A stretch of 64,000 bases of DNA from a virus (lineage: Duplodnaviria > Caudoviricetes): the IMG/VR virus record IMGVR_UViG_2671180612_000001, positions 32,001 to 96,000 of that record; one strand, given 5' to 3'. How positions within the stretch are numbered: position 1 is the first letter of the stretch; every line of letters begins with the position of its first letter. Position numbers and translations under genes: made by a program. Below the pieces are notes generated by a model. The model did not search any database and was not told where the DNA came from. It was given only the letters and a program-made list of their open reading frames with translations. Below are positions 55,501 through 64,000 of the stretch, one piece after another.

Positions 55501-57213
55501 CTGTCGGGCGGCGAGCTCTTCAACGAGCAGATGCAGGACGCGATGGCCGACCGGCTGATCGCGCGCCGCGCCGGCCAGGGCGTCGACGGCTATCGCAACG
55601 AGTGGGAGGGCCTGCGCCGGATCGACCCGCAGACGATCCTCGCTGCGCTGTCGGGTCAGAACCGTCCGGGCGCCCCGACGATCGAGAACGCCAAGCGTCT
55701 GGAAGCGGGCGGCAACGTCCCGTCGTTCTCTGCCGGCGTCGTCGCGACGGCCGAGCAGGCCGCGCAGCGCGTCGCCGACGACAAGGCGGCGCTCGAGAAG
55801 ATGCTCACCCCGATCGTCGAGGCCGAGGCGCGCAACAAGGGCCTCAAGGGCGAGGTCGCGATCAAGAACTTCGTCGATGGTCAGATCAACGAGATCGAGA
55901 AGATCAAGGAGGAGATGGGCGGCACGGCCAAGCGCCTGGCCGCGACCCAGAAGGCGATCCGCGACGGCAAGATCATCGGCGACAACCGTGATCCGGAGAG
56001 CGCCGTCTACAAGGAGATCATCGAGAACGCGAAGAAGCTGGACGCGGTCGAGGCCGAGAACGCCGCGAAGAAGAAGTCGCGCCGGCAGATCGAGCGTGCC
56101 GAGGCCAAGTTCGAGCAGCAGGAGGAGGAGATCCGTCGTCGCGCCGAGGAGGCGTCGATCCGGATGCAGGATCCTCTCGAGAAGAAGTCCTCGAACGAGT
56201 TCCGCCAGCTCCAGGCCCAGCTTGCGCAGCACATGAAGGAGATGGAGACCTTCTACGGGAAGGACTCGGCCGAATACGCTGCCGCGCTCGAGCGCAAGAA
56301 GGCGCTCCTGCGCGAGTTCACCAACCTCGAGGTCTCCGAGCAGGCCGCGGGATGGACGACGCGCGCCCAGGAGATCCGCCGCTCGCTGATGACCGAAAAG
56401 CAGGCCCGGCAGGTCGCGCTCCAGGAGGAGATCGGCCGCATCGACAAGATGCTCGCGGACTACGTCGGCTCGGAAGAGGAGAAGGTCCAGGTCGTGAAGG
56501 CCGCGGAGGAGCTCAAGGCGCAGCTCCGCGCGCAGTATTCGGCCGACGATCCGATCTCCAAGAAGTTCCGCGAGTGGGGCGATCTCCAGGACAACCTGGC
56601 GAACGCCACGACCGGCTGGATGGACTCGGTCGCGGGCGGCATCGCCGGCCTCATTACCGGCACCGGCGACTTCCGCTCGATCGTGAACGGCATGATCAAC
56701 GACATCGCCAACATGGGCGTGAAGTATCTGATGTCGTCCATCATGGGCGGCGGGGACAAGGGCACCAAGGGCACCGCGAAGGGCGTCCTCAAGAAGGGCG
56801 CGACCAAGGGGATCGGCACGGCACACACGGGCGGCATCATCGGCTCGTCGAACCTCGCCCGCTCCTTTGTGTCCTCGAGCCTGTTCGCGACCGCTCCGAA
56901 GTTCCACACGGGCGGCGTCATCGGTGGCCGGTCGCTGACCTCGGACGAGGTGCCGATCATCGCCAAGAAGGGCGAGGGCGTCTTCACGCCGGAGCAGATG
57001 AAGGCTCTCGGCGGGCTGAACGGCGGCGCGGGACCGAGCGTCAGCCTGTCGTCCAGCGTGACCGTCAACGCATCGGGAGGCTCGGCCGAGCAGAACGACG
57101 ACCTGGCGAAGAAGATCGGCCGCGAGGTCGAGAACCACACCCGAACGATTGTAGTCGAGGAAATGCGCCGGCAGATGCGTCCGGGCGGCATCCTCCCAGG
57201 ACGAGGACGCTAA
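52546..57213 (+). CDS. tape measure protein with internal lysozyme-like domain
   Basis: 1555 aa helical; AISQMMGKGVIQMEELRQQLGE; AEGT...SSALGRYQI; FHTGG...EVPIIAKKGEGV. Confidence 0.93.
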   Translation: MKGITVELELADGSFTTRMLRAGQTVQQFNRVAAGSNQMLQRLAASNQSVISSIAIADRNTKGFVATLRDVSIVTGAVTFAMSAMTSVAHGWVGAILEVNAEFERLTHLMAGMSKSENPFAEASNNVEVLIKKAKEVPFTLKSVTDNFVKLKATGTDPFNGSLDAIMDGIAAFGGSDQHFNRATVAISQMMGKGVIQMEELRQQLGESVPSAIALMARSMGLSMGQLIKAVGTGTVESKRALEMLYAEMDRTFGGRANAMMDTFMGQLKQTETLFQTLARTTGDAGFMDEMKKQLLDLNQVLGSSIGTSMAQTLGRGLTTIVQGFRSVIDNAIEFRGSIERLGKALLTVFGAKLVFAGIGQITTAFGALRASLTATGVQFGVASQQIYLYNVAVNSGAAATTLMARGTQVLLAGVSGLAMGITAVMPWLTALGFAVYAVGEYFDLFGNKAKDAYKELEQFGARSREAFNIAATAADAQVGKLEKQIAAINKAFNAKDRDEVAANWMERYGSIGDPEAAKQALDRMLANYDAQIDPIKKKIEEIRGVMSKGETQLLEDEERANLQAFQTMLDKEITSYKAAYDKRAVQISEESDAQIQSANETGRTLQAITKERQEKTLANQLGLYKREEDFLRAKIAEEAKIITESADEVAKDLAQKRTAALNARLVETLAAADRAKGIDWGAPMVDNVDDGQKAYDRGQKRLENLKAEISGMKAELKGANAEVVELQTRIATGQYGNMGLEEVQKLTDELVQAQAEKEALDELMKGSRALDADITSARVRLANEEADLKTKLRGEELSEADKIRNKWIEGGYQGLGPNSPMQVGLRDITTLLNTTGTVTDGVGNALRNNAFGEQTAGRITTITDQLREMGNLLGIISTNANGISFGDVARGGAGFRTLSGPLGAGMRDLIGYAEGTDKGRGYNETLGYGAYTGGDRNLVGMTLNEILQLQKQMLAHPANGYNSSALGRYQIVSKTLKGLMEEMGLSGGELFNEQMQDAMADRLIARRAGQGVDGYRNEWEGLRRIDPQTILAALSGQNRPGAPTIENAKRLEAGGNVPSFSAGVVATAEQAAQRVADDKAALEKMLTPIVEAEARNKGLKGEVAIKNFVDGQINEIEKIKEEMGGTAKRLAATQKAIRDGKIIGDNRDPESAVYKEIIENAKKLDAVEAENAAKKKSRRQIERAEAKFEQQEEEIRRRAEEASIRMQDPLEKKSSNEFRQLQAQLAQHMKEMETFYGKDSAEYAAALERKKALLREFTNLEVSEQAAGWTTRAQEIRRSLMTEKQARQVALQEEIGRIDKMLADYVGSEEEKVQVVKAAEELKAQLRAQYSADDPISKKFREWGDLQDNLANATTGWMDSVAGGIAGLITGTGDFRSIVNGMINDIANMGVKYLMSSIMGGGDKGTKGTAKGVLKKGATKGIGTAHTGGIIGSSNLARSFVSSSLFATAPKFHTGGVIGGRSLTSDEVPIIAKKGEGVFTPEQMKALGGLNGGAGPSVSLSSSVTVNASGGSAEQNDDLAKKIGREVENHTRTIVVEEMRRQMRPGGILPGRGR

Positions 57214-57214
57214 G

Positions 57215-57571
57215 ATGGCACTACGAACCTTCAGGCCGGCGAAGCCGCCGGCCGGCCCGACGATGATGAAGCCGAAGTTCAACATCAAGAAGGCCGAGTT
57301 CGGCGACGGCTACACGCAGACGACGCCCAACGGGCTGAACCACATGCGCTACACGCTGACGCTCCAGTGGGACACGCTTCTCCCGTTCGAGGCCCGGCTC
57401 ATCATCGCCTTCCTCGAGGAGCACCAGGGGACGATCCCGTTCCACTACCAGCCGGTGAACTCGGACAAGGCGCGCAAGTGGACCTGCGAGGACTGGCAGG
57501 ACTCGGCCGAGCCGGGCGGGTTCCGCAAGCTGTCGGCGACCTTCGTCGAAAGCTTCGACCTTCGCCGCTGA
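57215..57571 (+). CDS. lambda gpM-like distal tail protein
   Basis: AEFGDGYTQ...GLN; FLEEHQGTIPF. Confidence 0.85.
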   Translation: MALRTFRPAKPPAGPTMMKPKFNIKKAEFGDGYTQTTPNGLNHMRYTLTLQWDTLLPFEARLIIAFLEEHQGTIPFHYQPVNSDKARKWTCEDWQDSAEPGGFRKLSATFVESFDLRR

Positions 57572-57612
57572 AACGGCTGGCGTTTAAGTAAGCAATTACT
57601 TATCATGTCGGG

Positions 57613-58323
57613 ATGGCATCCATCACCCCGACACTCCAGAACCTGACGCCTGGCGCGAAGATTTCGCTCTACCGCATCGACACGCGCAAGGTCGGCGGCG
57701 GGGAGTATTTCTTCTGCCAGGCGTCGCAGTCCGACCAGGCCGTGAAGTTCGGCGGCGTCGTCTATTCGCCCGTCGACATCGAGGTCGAGGGCTTCGAGGT
57801 CACGGCCGGCGGATCGCTACCGACGCCCACACTCCGGATCGCGAACTCGGATCTCACCGTCCAGGCGCTCGTGAACACGTTCGGCGACCTTCTCGGCTGC
57901 GAGGTCCAGCGCGTCCGCACCTTCCACCATCACCTCGACGGCCAGATGGCCGCGGACCCGACCGCCTATCTCGGGCCGGACACCTTCGAGATCGAGCGCA
58001 AGACCGACGAGAACTACGCCTACATCGAGTGGGAGCTCTCGGCCGCGATCGACCAGGACGACGCACTCCTGCCCAAGCGCACGGTGATCCGCGACACCTG
58101 CCTCTTCCGCTACCGCAACTTCAACCCGAACACCGGCCGCTTCGACTACTCGAAGTGCCTCTGCCCCTATGCGGGCGGCGCCATGTTCGACCGCAACGAC
58201 AACCCGACGAGCGATCCGACCAAGGACGAGTGCTCGCGGCGCGTGGGCGGCTGCAAGCTGCGCTTCGGCGCGAACAATCCGCTGCCCTTCGGCGGCTTCA
58301 CCGGCGCGTCGAGGGTCCGCTGA
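57613..58323 (+). CDS. lambda gpL-like minor tail protein
   Basis: LPTPTL, IERKT, C...C..D.C......C..RFG...LPFGGF. Confidence 0.9.
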   Translation: MASITPTLQNLTPGAKISLYRIDTRKVGGGEYFFCQASQSDQAVKFGGVVYSPVDIEVEGFEVTAGGSLPTPTLRIANSDLTVQALVNTFGDLLGCEVQRVRTFHHHLDGQMAADPTAYLGPDTFEIERKTDENYAYIEWELSAAIDQDDALLPKRTVIRDTCLFRYRNFNPNTGRFDYSKCLCPYAGGAMFDRNDNPTSDPTKDECSRRVGGCKLRFGANNPLPFGGFTGASRVR

Positions 58324-59099
58324 TGCTTGGGTCCGAGATCACCAAGGCCGCGCAGGCGCACGCCATCGCCGAGTTCCCGCGCGAGAGCGTCGGCTTCGTC
58401 GTCGCCGGCCGCTACGTGCCCCTGGAAAACGTCCACGAGAGCCCGACCGAGCACTTCCGCATCGATCCCGCGGAGGAAGCGCGCGCGGCCGTCTCCGGCA
58501 CGGTGGAGTGGGTCATCCATTCGCACCCGAACGGGCCGAACTCGCCGAGCCAGGCCGACATGGTCGCGCAGCGCTCCTGGGGCATCCCTTGGGCAATCAT
58601 CGTGACGGACGGCGAGAGCGCGTCCGATCCGATCATGTGGGGCGACCAGCTCCCCATGGCACCGCTTCTCGGCCGCGAGTTCGTCCATGGCCTGCACGAT
58701 TGCTACGCGCTGATCCGAGACACCTACCGGGTCGGCCGCGAGGGCATGGCCGCGCAAGGGCTGTCCGAGAACTGGCCGTTCCCCGCGATCGAGCTGCCGG
58801 AAGTTCCGCGCGGCGACGGCTGGTGGAGCGAGGGTCAGGATCTCTACGTCGACCATTTCCGGAAATTTGGATTTCGCGAAATCTCGATCCGCGAGGCGCA
58901 GCCCGGCGACGTGTTCCTCGGGACCGTCAGCCATCCGTCGGCACCGACCGACAAGATCAACCACGGTGGTCTCCTCGTCGAGGACGACCTGATTTTCCAC
59001 CACCTCCCCAAGCGCCTGTCGCGCCGCGAGCCGTCCTCGATCTGGGCGCGCAGCGCGAAGCTGTGGATCCGATATGAAGGAGACGGGTCGGATGCGTAA
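58323..59099 (+). CDS. lambda gpK-like JAB plus NlpC/P60 tail assembly protein
   Basis: PRESVG, HSHP...PSQAD, LLGREFVHGLHDCY, NHGG. Confidence 0.9.
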   Translation: MLGSEITKAAQAHAIAEFPRESVGFVVAGRYVPLENVHESPTEHFRIDPAEEARAAVSGTVEWVIHSHPNGPNSPSQADMVAQRSWGIPWAIIVTDGESASDPIMWGDQLPMAPLLGREFVHGLHDCYALIRDTYRVGREGMAAQGLSENWPFPAIELPEVPRGDGWWSEGQDLYVDHFRKFGFREISIREAQPGDVFLGTVSHPSAPTDKINHGGLLVEDDLIFHHLPKRLSRREPSSIWARSAKLWIRYEGDGSDA

Positions 59100-59700
59100 G
59101 ATCCACCTGCACGGTCATCTCGCCAAGTATGGCAAGACGTTCGAGCTCGACGTGCTGACGGCCGGCGAGGCCATCCGCGCGCTCAACGCCAACTTCCCGC
59201 GCTTCCGCGAGGATCTCGAGATCGGCCACTACCGCCTGGTGCGCGGCGACGAGAAGACGGGCTTTGCGATCGACCTCGAGGAGGTCAACGACTACCGGCT
59301 CGGCAACGCGGACCTGCACATCATCCCGGTCGCCGAAGGCGCCAAGCGCGGCGGTATCCTGAAGGCCATTCTCGGCGTCGCGCTCGTCGGCGCGGCCCTG
59401 TTCTTCTCGGGCGGCACGCTGGCCGGCGCGATCGGCGCGTCTGGCACGCTTCTCGGATCGGTCTCCTGGGCGTCCGTCGCCTTCATCGGTCTCGGCCTCG
59501 CGATCGCCGGCGCCTCGAGCCTGATCTCGGACCCCGACAAGAAGGGCGAGGACGAGAAGAAGACCAGCCATTCGCTCTCGGGGCCGACCAACACCTACGA
59601 GCAGGGCAACCCCGTGCCGCTGGTCTACGGCGAGGTCATCACGGGCGGTCAGGTCATCTCGGCCGGCATCGACATCGAGCAGCAGCTCAACCATGCGTAA
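59092..59700 (+). CDS. lambda gpI-like tail assembly protein
   Basis: IHLHGHL, EAIRAL, QGNPVPLVYGE...G.QVISAG. Confidence 0.9.
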   Translation: MRKIHLHGHLAKYGKTFELDVLTAGEAIRALNANFPRFREDLEIGHYRLVRGDEKTGFAIDLEEVNDYRLGNADLHIIPVAEGAKRGGILKAILGVALVGAALFFSGGTLAGAIGASGTLLGSVSWASVAFIGLGLAIAGASSLISDPDKKGEDEKKTSHSLSGPTNTYEQGNPVPLVYGEVITGGQVISAGIDIEQQLNHA

Positions 59701-62700
59701 CGCCGCTCTCCCCATCGAACGCATCCTCGAAGGCTCGGGCGGCTCCATGAAGGGCGGCTCGGGCAAGGCCGCGAAGGAGGCGTCGGATACGCTGCGCTCC
59801 AACGCGATTGCGCGCATCGCCGAGCTGATCTGCGAAGGCGAGATCGAAGGTATCGTCGGAGGCCCGCAGGGCGTCTACTTCGACCAGACGCCGCTCATGA
59901 ACGCCGACGGCACCCTGAATTTCACGGGCGTCGAGTTCGAGCAGCGCGTCGGCACGCCCGATCAGGATCACGTTCCCGGCCTCGTTCAGGTCGAGACGCC
60001 CTACGACGTGTCGGTCGAGGTGAAGCAGGCCACCGGCCCGGTCACGCGCACGATCGTCGACCAGGGCGCCGACGCCGTCCGTGTCATCATCAACATCCCG
60101 GCGCTCGTCCAATACACGGACAAGGGCGACATCAACGGCACGCACCTCGTCTACGGCATCGATGTCCGCCCCTCGGGCGGCTCCTGGGGCCGCGCGGTCC
60201 ACAAGACGCTCGTCAACGAGAAGACCACGTCCGGCGTCCAGATCGACCATGTGATCGAGCTGCGCGGCACCGGCCCGTGGGATCTGCGCGTCGTGCGCGA
60301 GTGGCCGGACTCGACGAGCTCCAAGCTGTCGAACTCGCTGATCTGGGGCGCCTACTCGGTGATCCAGCGCGGCAAGTTCACCTACCCCTATTCGGCCTAC
60401 GCCTACCTCGTCATCAACGCCGAGCAGTTCGGCTCGTCGATCCCCGCGCGCAACTACAAGGTCCGCGGTCTCAAGATCCAGGTGCCGACGAACTACGACC
60501 CCTACACGCGCACCTACTCGGGCATGTGGGACGGCCGCTTCAAGATCGCCTGGACGAACAACCCGGCGTGGATCTTCTACGACCTCCTGACCAACAACCG
60601 CTATGGCCTGGGCGAGTTCATCGACGCGCAGCGCATCGACAAGTGGTCGCTCTACCAGATCGGGCGCTACTGCGACGAGGTCGTGCCGTCGGGCTTCAAG
60701 AACCAGCAGGGCGGCGATCTCCACGAGCACCGCTTCACGTTCAACGGCGTGATCAACACGCGCACCGAAGCCTACACGGTGCTGAAGAACATCACGAACA
60801 CGTTCCGGGGCATGGCCTTCTGGGCGGTCGGGCAGGTGTATGCGGTCGCCGACATGCCGACCGACCCGAAGATGACCGTCGCGCCGGCCAACGTCATCGA
60901 GGGGCGCTTCTCCTACTCGGGCACCAGCCGCAAGTCCCGGCACTCGGTCGCGCAGGTCTCCTGGAACGACCCGGCCGACTTCGGCAAGTCCGCAGTGGAA
61001 GCCGTCATCAACGACGAGGCGCTGCGCAAGTTCGGCTGGCGCGAGACGCGCGTCCAGGCACACGGCTGCACCTCGCGCGGCCAGGCGCACCGCTACGGCA
61101 AGTGGATCCTCGACACCGAGCTCCACGAGACGGAGACGGTCGCGTTCTCGGCCGGCTGGGACATGGCCGACCTCAAGCCCTTCGAGATCATCAACGTCCA
61201 CGACCCGGCGAAGATGAGCGCGCGCACGGCCGGCCGCATCGTCGAGATCTCGGCGAACCTGCGCACCGTCACGCTCGACGCTGCGTTCGAGCCGGAGAAC
61301 CAGTTCGCCTATCACCTGTCGGTCGCCATGCCGTCGGGCGTGATGGAGTCGGTGAAAATCCAGAGCTGGTCGAACGACGGGCGCACCGTCGTCCTCGAGC
61401 GCGCCCTGTCGGCCCAGCCGGTCGACCAGACGATCTACGGGCTGTTCTCGTCCTATCTGAACCCGCGGCCCTTCCGCGTGCTGACGATCAAGGAGAACGA
61501 CGGCATCTTCCAGGTGACGGCGCTCCTGCACGACCCGACGAAGTATGCCCGCGTCGAGCGCGACATCCTGCTCGACCCGATCAACTACACGCGCCCGCCG
61601 TCCACGACCGAGGCGCCGATCGCGGCCGAGGCCGTCGAGACGCAGTTCCTCGAGAACGGCACGCCGGTCTCGCGCATCCTCCTGTCCTGGACGCCCGGCT
61701 CGCCGCTGGCCGTCCGGCACATGGTCGAGGTCGCCGGGCCGCGCGGGCGCGCGACCTTCAACAACATCGAGGTGCCCTACCAGGAGATCGAGAACGTCGT
61801 GGCCGGCCGCTACACGTTCAAGATCACCTCGTTCGGCATCACGGGCATTCCCTCGAAGCCCTTCACCTACGAATACGACGCAAAGGGCTGGGGCGAAGCG
61901 GCCATGCCGCAGGTCATCGACCTGCACATGCCCGGCGGGCCGGTGTTCAACCGTCCCGACGCCGAGATCGCCTGGACGAACGTCCTCGCCGCGCCGCAGT
62001 TCTATCTGCGCAACACGGTCCAGGTCTGGGATGCCGAGACCTCGACGCTCCTGCGCAGCGAAGTCGTGCAGGGCGAGCGCTACGTCTACACTCTGGAGCG
62101 CAACAGGATCGACAATCGCGCACAGGGACGCTCACCAGCGCGCAAACTGCGCTTCGTCGTCACTCTGCAAGATACGCTTGAGCGAACGAGCCCTGAAGCT
62201 TCCCTGGCCGTCGAGAACCCGGTTCCGGACACGCCGGCGCCCGAGGTCTATCCGGGCGTCAACCAGATCTTCCTGAACTGGACGAACCCGGCCGACCTCG
62301 ATTTCGCCGGCACGCTCGTCTGGGTGACGGAAACGCCGAACTTCGATCCCGAGGTCGAGGCGCCCGTGGTCGACACGACGTCCTCGATCCTGTCCTACCC
62401 GATCTACAGCGGCCGGACCCAATACATCCGGATCGCCTGCTACGACACGTTCGGCAAGACGGGTCTCAAGTTCTCGCCGCAGTTCCAGGTGACGCCGCTC
62501 GTCTCCGACGTGGACGTCGACCCGCCCATCCGGCCGACCGGCTTCAAGGGCGAGTCCACGCTCACCGAGGACGGCCGCGCGCGCATCCTGTTCACCTGGG
62601 ACGAGAACACCGAGGACACGGACCTCGCGGGCTTCCAGATCTCGATCCGCGAGGTGCTCTCGGACGGGACGCGCTCGAACTACGTGCCGTATCCGGTCTC

Positions 62701-64000
62701 CGACAACCAATTCGAGTTCGTCACGATCCCCGGCCTTCGCGTCGAGGCGATCCTGCGCGCCTACGATCGCCGCTTCAACTACTCGGTGGCGACCGATCCG
62801 ATCATCGTGGACGCGGCTCGCGACCTCGTGGCGCCGGACGCACCGACGGGTCTGATCGTGCGCCCGACCATCAAGGCGCTATGGCTCACCTGGGCTCCGA
62901 ACGAGGAGCGGGACGTCTCGCACTACGAGGTCTATGTCGGTGAGACGCTGGACGTCCTGCCGAACGCGATCGTCAAGGACAGCGCCTCGACGTCCTTCAT
63001 CTACTACCCCGAAGGCGCGACGACCAAAGAGACCTACTACATGCGCGTTCGCGCGGTGGACGTCTCCGGCAACGCGAGCGACTGGTCGGGCGCGGTCTCT
63101 GCCTCGACGCTCGACACGTCCTCGATCATCGACGACCTCGAGTTCGACCTCGAGAGCCTCAACGGGCAGATCGACGGCACGCAGATCGACAACCTGTCGA
63201 TCTCGACCCCGCATCTGCGCACCAACGCCGTGGACGCGCGCCATATCCGCGCCTTCGCGATCCGGGCCGTGCATCTCGCGACCGAGGAGCTGATCACCAA
63301 CCGCGCGCAGATCGGCGATGCGGTGATCGACAGCGCGCACATCATCGAACTGGACGCGGCGAAGCTCCGGGCAGGGACGGCGCTCGCCGGCTCGATCGTC
63401 GTGGGCAACCAGACGCTCGCGCAGATCCAGGCGAACTCGCAGGCCGATCCGGTCGATCGGATCAATCGCGGCGCGACCTTCATCGATCCGGGCAAGATCC
63501 GCATCAAGGGCGCCTCGACGCTCACGAGCTGGATCATGGGCGGCGACTCCACCGAGATCAACGGCGGGGCGATCGCGGCCAACACCGTTAAGACCAACTC
63601 GCTCGAGGTCGGTCAGCGCGGCATCGCGATCGAGGGCGTGGAGTTCGAGCACAACAAGCCCTCGCTCAACTACGTCTCGTGGACGGCCGGCACGATCCGC
63701 TACATCACCGACGAGGGGATGCTCGCGAGCGTGTCGATCCCGGCCGGCCAGGCGCAATACACGGGCCAGCCGCTCTACCTCGTCTACATCGCCGGCACGG
63801 CCGGGGTGAGCTTCTCGACGTCGGTCGCCTACTCGGTCTCGGGCGGGGCGCAGAGCTGCATCACGCTCGCCTGCTACCGCGGCAACCTCGACCTCGTGAC
63901 GAATTGGGGCCGCACGGTCATCGACGGGTCGAAGATCAAGACGGGCACGGTCGACACCGACCAGCTCGCCGCGCGCTCGGTGAAGGCCAACAACATCGAC
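59693..64000 (+). CDS. lambda gpJ-like central tail/host-specificity protein with FN3 repeats (3'-truncated)
   Basis: ICEGEIEG, WTNNPAWIFYDLLTNNRYGLG, GCTSRGQAHRYGKW; frame runs off the window end. Confidence 0.93.
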   Translation, partial: MRNAALPIERILEGSGGSMKGGSGKAAKEASDTLRSNAIARIAELICEGEIEGIVGGPQGVYFDQTPLMNADGTLNFTGVEFEQRVGTPDQDHVPGLVQVETPYDVSVEVKQATGPVTRTIVDQGADAVRVIINIPALVQYTDKGDINGTHLVYGIDVRPSGGSWGRAVHKTLVNEKTTSGVQIDHVIELRGTGPWDLRVVREWPDSTSSKLSNSLIWGAYSVIQRGKFTYPYSAYAYLVINAEQFGSSIPARNYKVRGLKIQVPTNYDPYTRTYSGMWDGRFKIAWTNNPAWIFYDLLTNNRYGLGEFIDAQRIDKWSLYQIGRYCDEVVPSGFKNQQGGDLHEHRFTFNGVINTRTEAYTVLKNITNTFRGMAFWAVGQVYAVADMPTDPKMTVAPANVIEGRFSYSGTSRKSRHSVAQVSWNDPADFGKSAVEAVINDEALRKFGWRETRVQAHGCTSRGQAHRYGKWILDTELHETETVAFSAGWDMADLKPFEIINVHDPAKMSARTAGRIVEISANLRTVTLDAAFEPENQFAYHLSVAMPSGVMESVKIQSWSNDGRTVVLERALSAQPVDQTIYGLFSSYLNPRPFRVLTIKENDGIFQVTALLHDPTKYARVERDILLDPINYTRPPSTTEAPIAAEAVETQFLENGTPVSRILLSWTPGSPLAVRHMVEVAGPRGRATFNNIEVPYQEIENVVAGRYTFKITSFGITGIPSKPFTYEYDAKGWGEAAMPQVIDLHMPGGPVFNRPDAEIAWTNVLAAPQFYLRNTVQVWDAETSTLLRSEVVQGERYVYTLERNRIDNRAQGRSPARKLRFVVTLQDTLERTSPEASLAVENPVPDTPAPEVYPGVNQIFLNWTNPADLDFAGTLVWVTETPNFDPEVEAPVVDTTSSILSYPIYSGRTQYIRIACYDTFGKTGLKFSPQFQVTPLVSDVDVDPPIRPTGFKGESTLTEDGRARILFTWDENTEDTDLAGFQISIREVLSDGTRSNYVPYPVSDNQFEFVTIPGLRVEAILRAYDRRFNYSVATDPIIVDAARDLVAPDAPTGLIVRPTIKALWLTWAPNEERDVSHYEVYVGETLDVLPNAIVKDSASTSFIYYPEGATTKETYYMRVRAVDVSGNASDWSGAVSASTLDTSSIIDDLEFDLESLNGQIDGTQIDNLSISTPHLRTNAVDARHIRAFAIRAVHLATEELITNRAQIGDAVIDSAHIIELDAAKLRAGTALAGSIVVGNQTLAQIQANSQADPVDRINRGATFIDPGKIRIKGASTLTSWIMGGDSTEINGGAIAANTVKTNSLEVGQRGIAIEGVEFEHNKPSLNYVSWTAGTIRYITDEGMLASVSIPAGQAQYTGQPLYLVYIAGTAGVSFSTSVAYSVSGGAQSCITLACYRGNLDLVTNWGRTVIDGSKIKTGTVDTDQLAARSVKANNID

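Larger units (their letters stand above)
495..57602. promoter_or_regulatory. dispersed 18-bp palindromic operator TAAGTAA-N4-TTACTTA (about 20 copies)
   Basis: Starts at 495, 3051, 3732, 9415, 11668, 13509, 15624, 16299, 26678, 31005, 35777, 37922, 38617, 42417, 44409, 47019, 48037, 51217, 51803, 57585. Confidence 0.9.
5056..58885. repeat. dispersed tandem arrays of octamer GAAATCNN/GATTTCNN (about 13 arrays)
   Basis: Near 5056, 5829, 7462, 8244, 8478, 8703, 9339, 10011, 11623, 12671, 17230, 34459, 58856. Confidence 0.85.

Noticed and set aside
52279-57288. 1669-aa reverse-strand ORF (also 44472-46886, 59687-61927 and the + strand 24560-26677)
   Set aside because: Shadow ORFs antisense to clear genes, a normal result of high-GC codon bias.
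1-64000. tRNA/rRNA genes and lysis cassette
   Set aside because: None recognised by eye; tRNAscan was not run, and lysis genes probably lie outside the window.

Overview
This is a roughly 68% GC tailed-phage genome segment that looks like a plasmid-prophage (phage-plasmid), probably of an alphaproteobacterial host (inferred). Layout: 1-21 kb, many small + strand accessory and nucleic-acid genes (HD hydrolase, HNH, DEDDh exonuclease, RNase HI, DUF4942-type adenine methyltransferase). 21.7-26.7 kb, a Doc toxin-antitoxin pair and two SGNH esterase-like genes. 26.9-32 kb, a gene-poor, repeat-rich control region. 33.5-34.5 kb, type Ib parA plus a small RHH-like partner. 35-42.3 kb, dNMP kinase, SF2 helicase and a ParB-ParB-ABC ATPase-HAD-GNAT-wHTH cluster. 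42.4-64 kb, a siphovirus head and tail module, with gpJ truncated by the window end. The most striking observation is a 799-nt transcription unit (30990-31788) with no GG or CC dinucleotide at all. It encodes a Gly/Pro/Trp-free paralogue of two other phage wHTH-like proteins and is flanked by G-run-rich DNA. About 11 promoter-like sites carry a CC exactly 14 bp upstream of a -10-like hexamer and then run GG/CC-free. Together these suggest a GG-directed DNA modification or recognition system, with the ParB/ABC/GNAT cluster next to the terminase as candidate writer (hypothesis only). Also present are about 20 copies of an 18-bp palindromic operator, about 13 arrays of an 8-bp repeat (candidate centromere), a candidate sRNA and a -1 frameshift in the tail chaperone. 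All family calls come from motif recognition by eye; no database searches were run.
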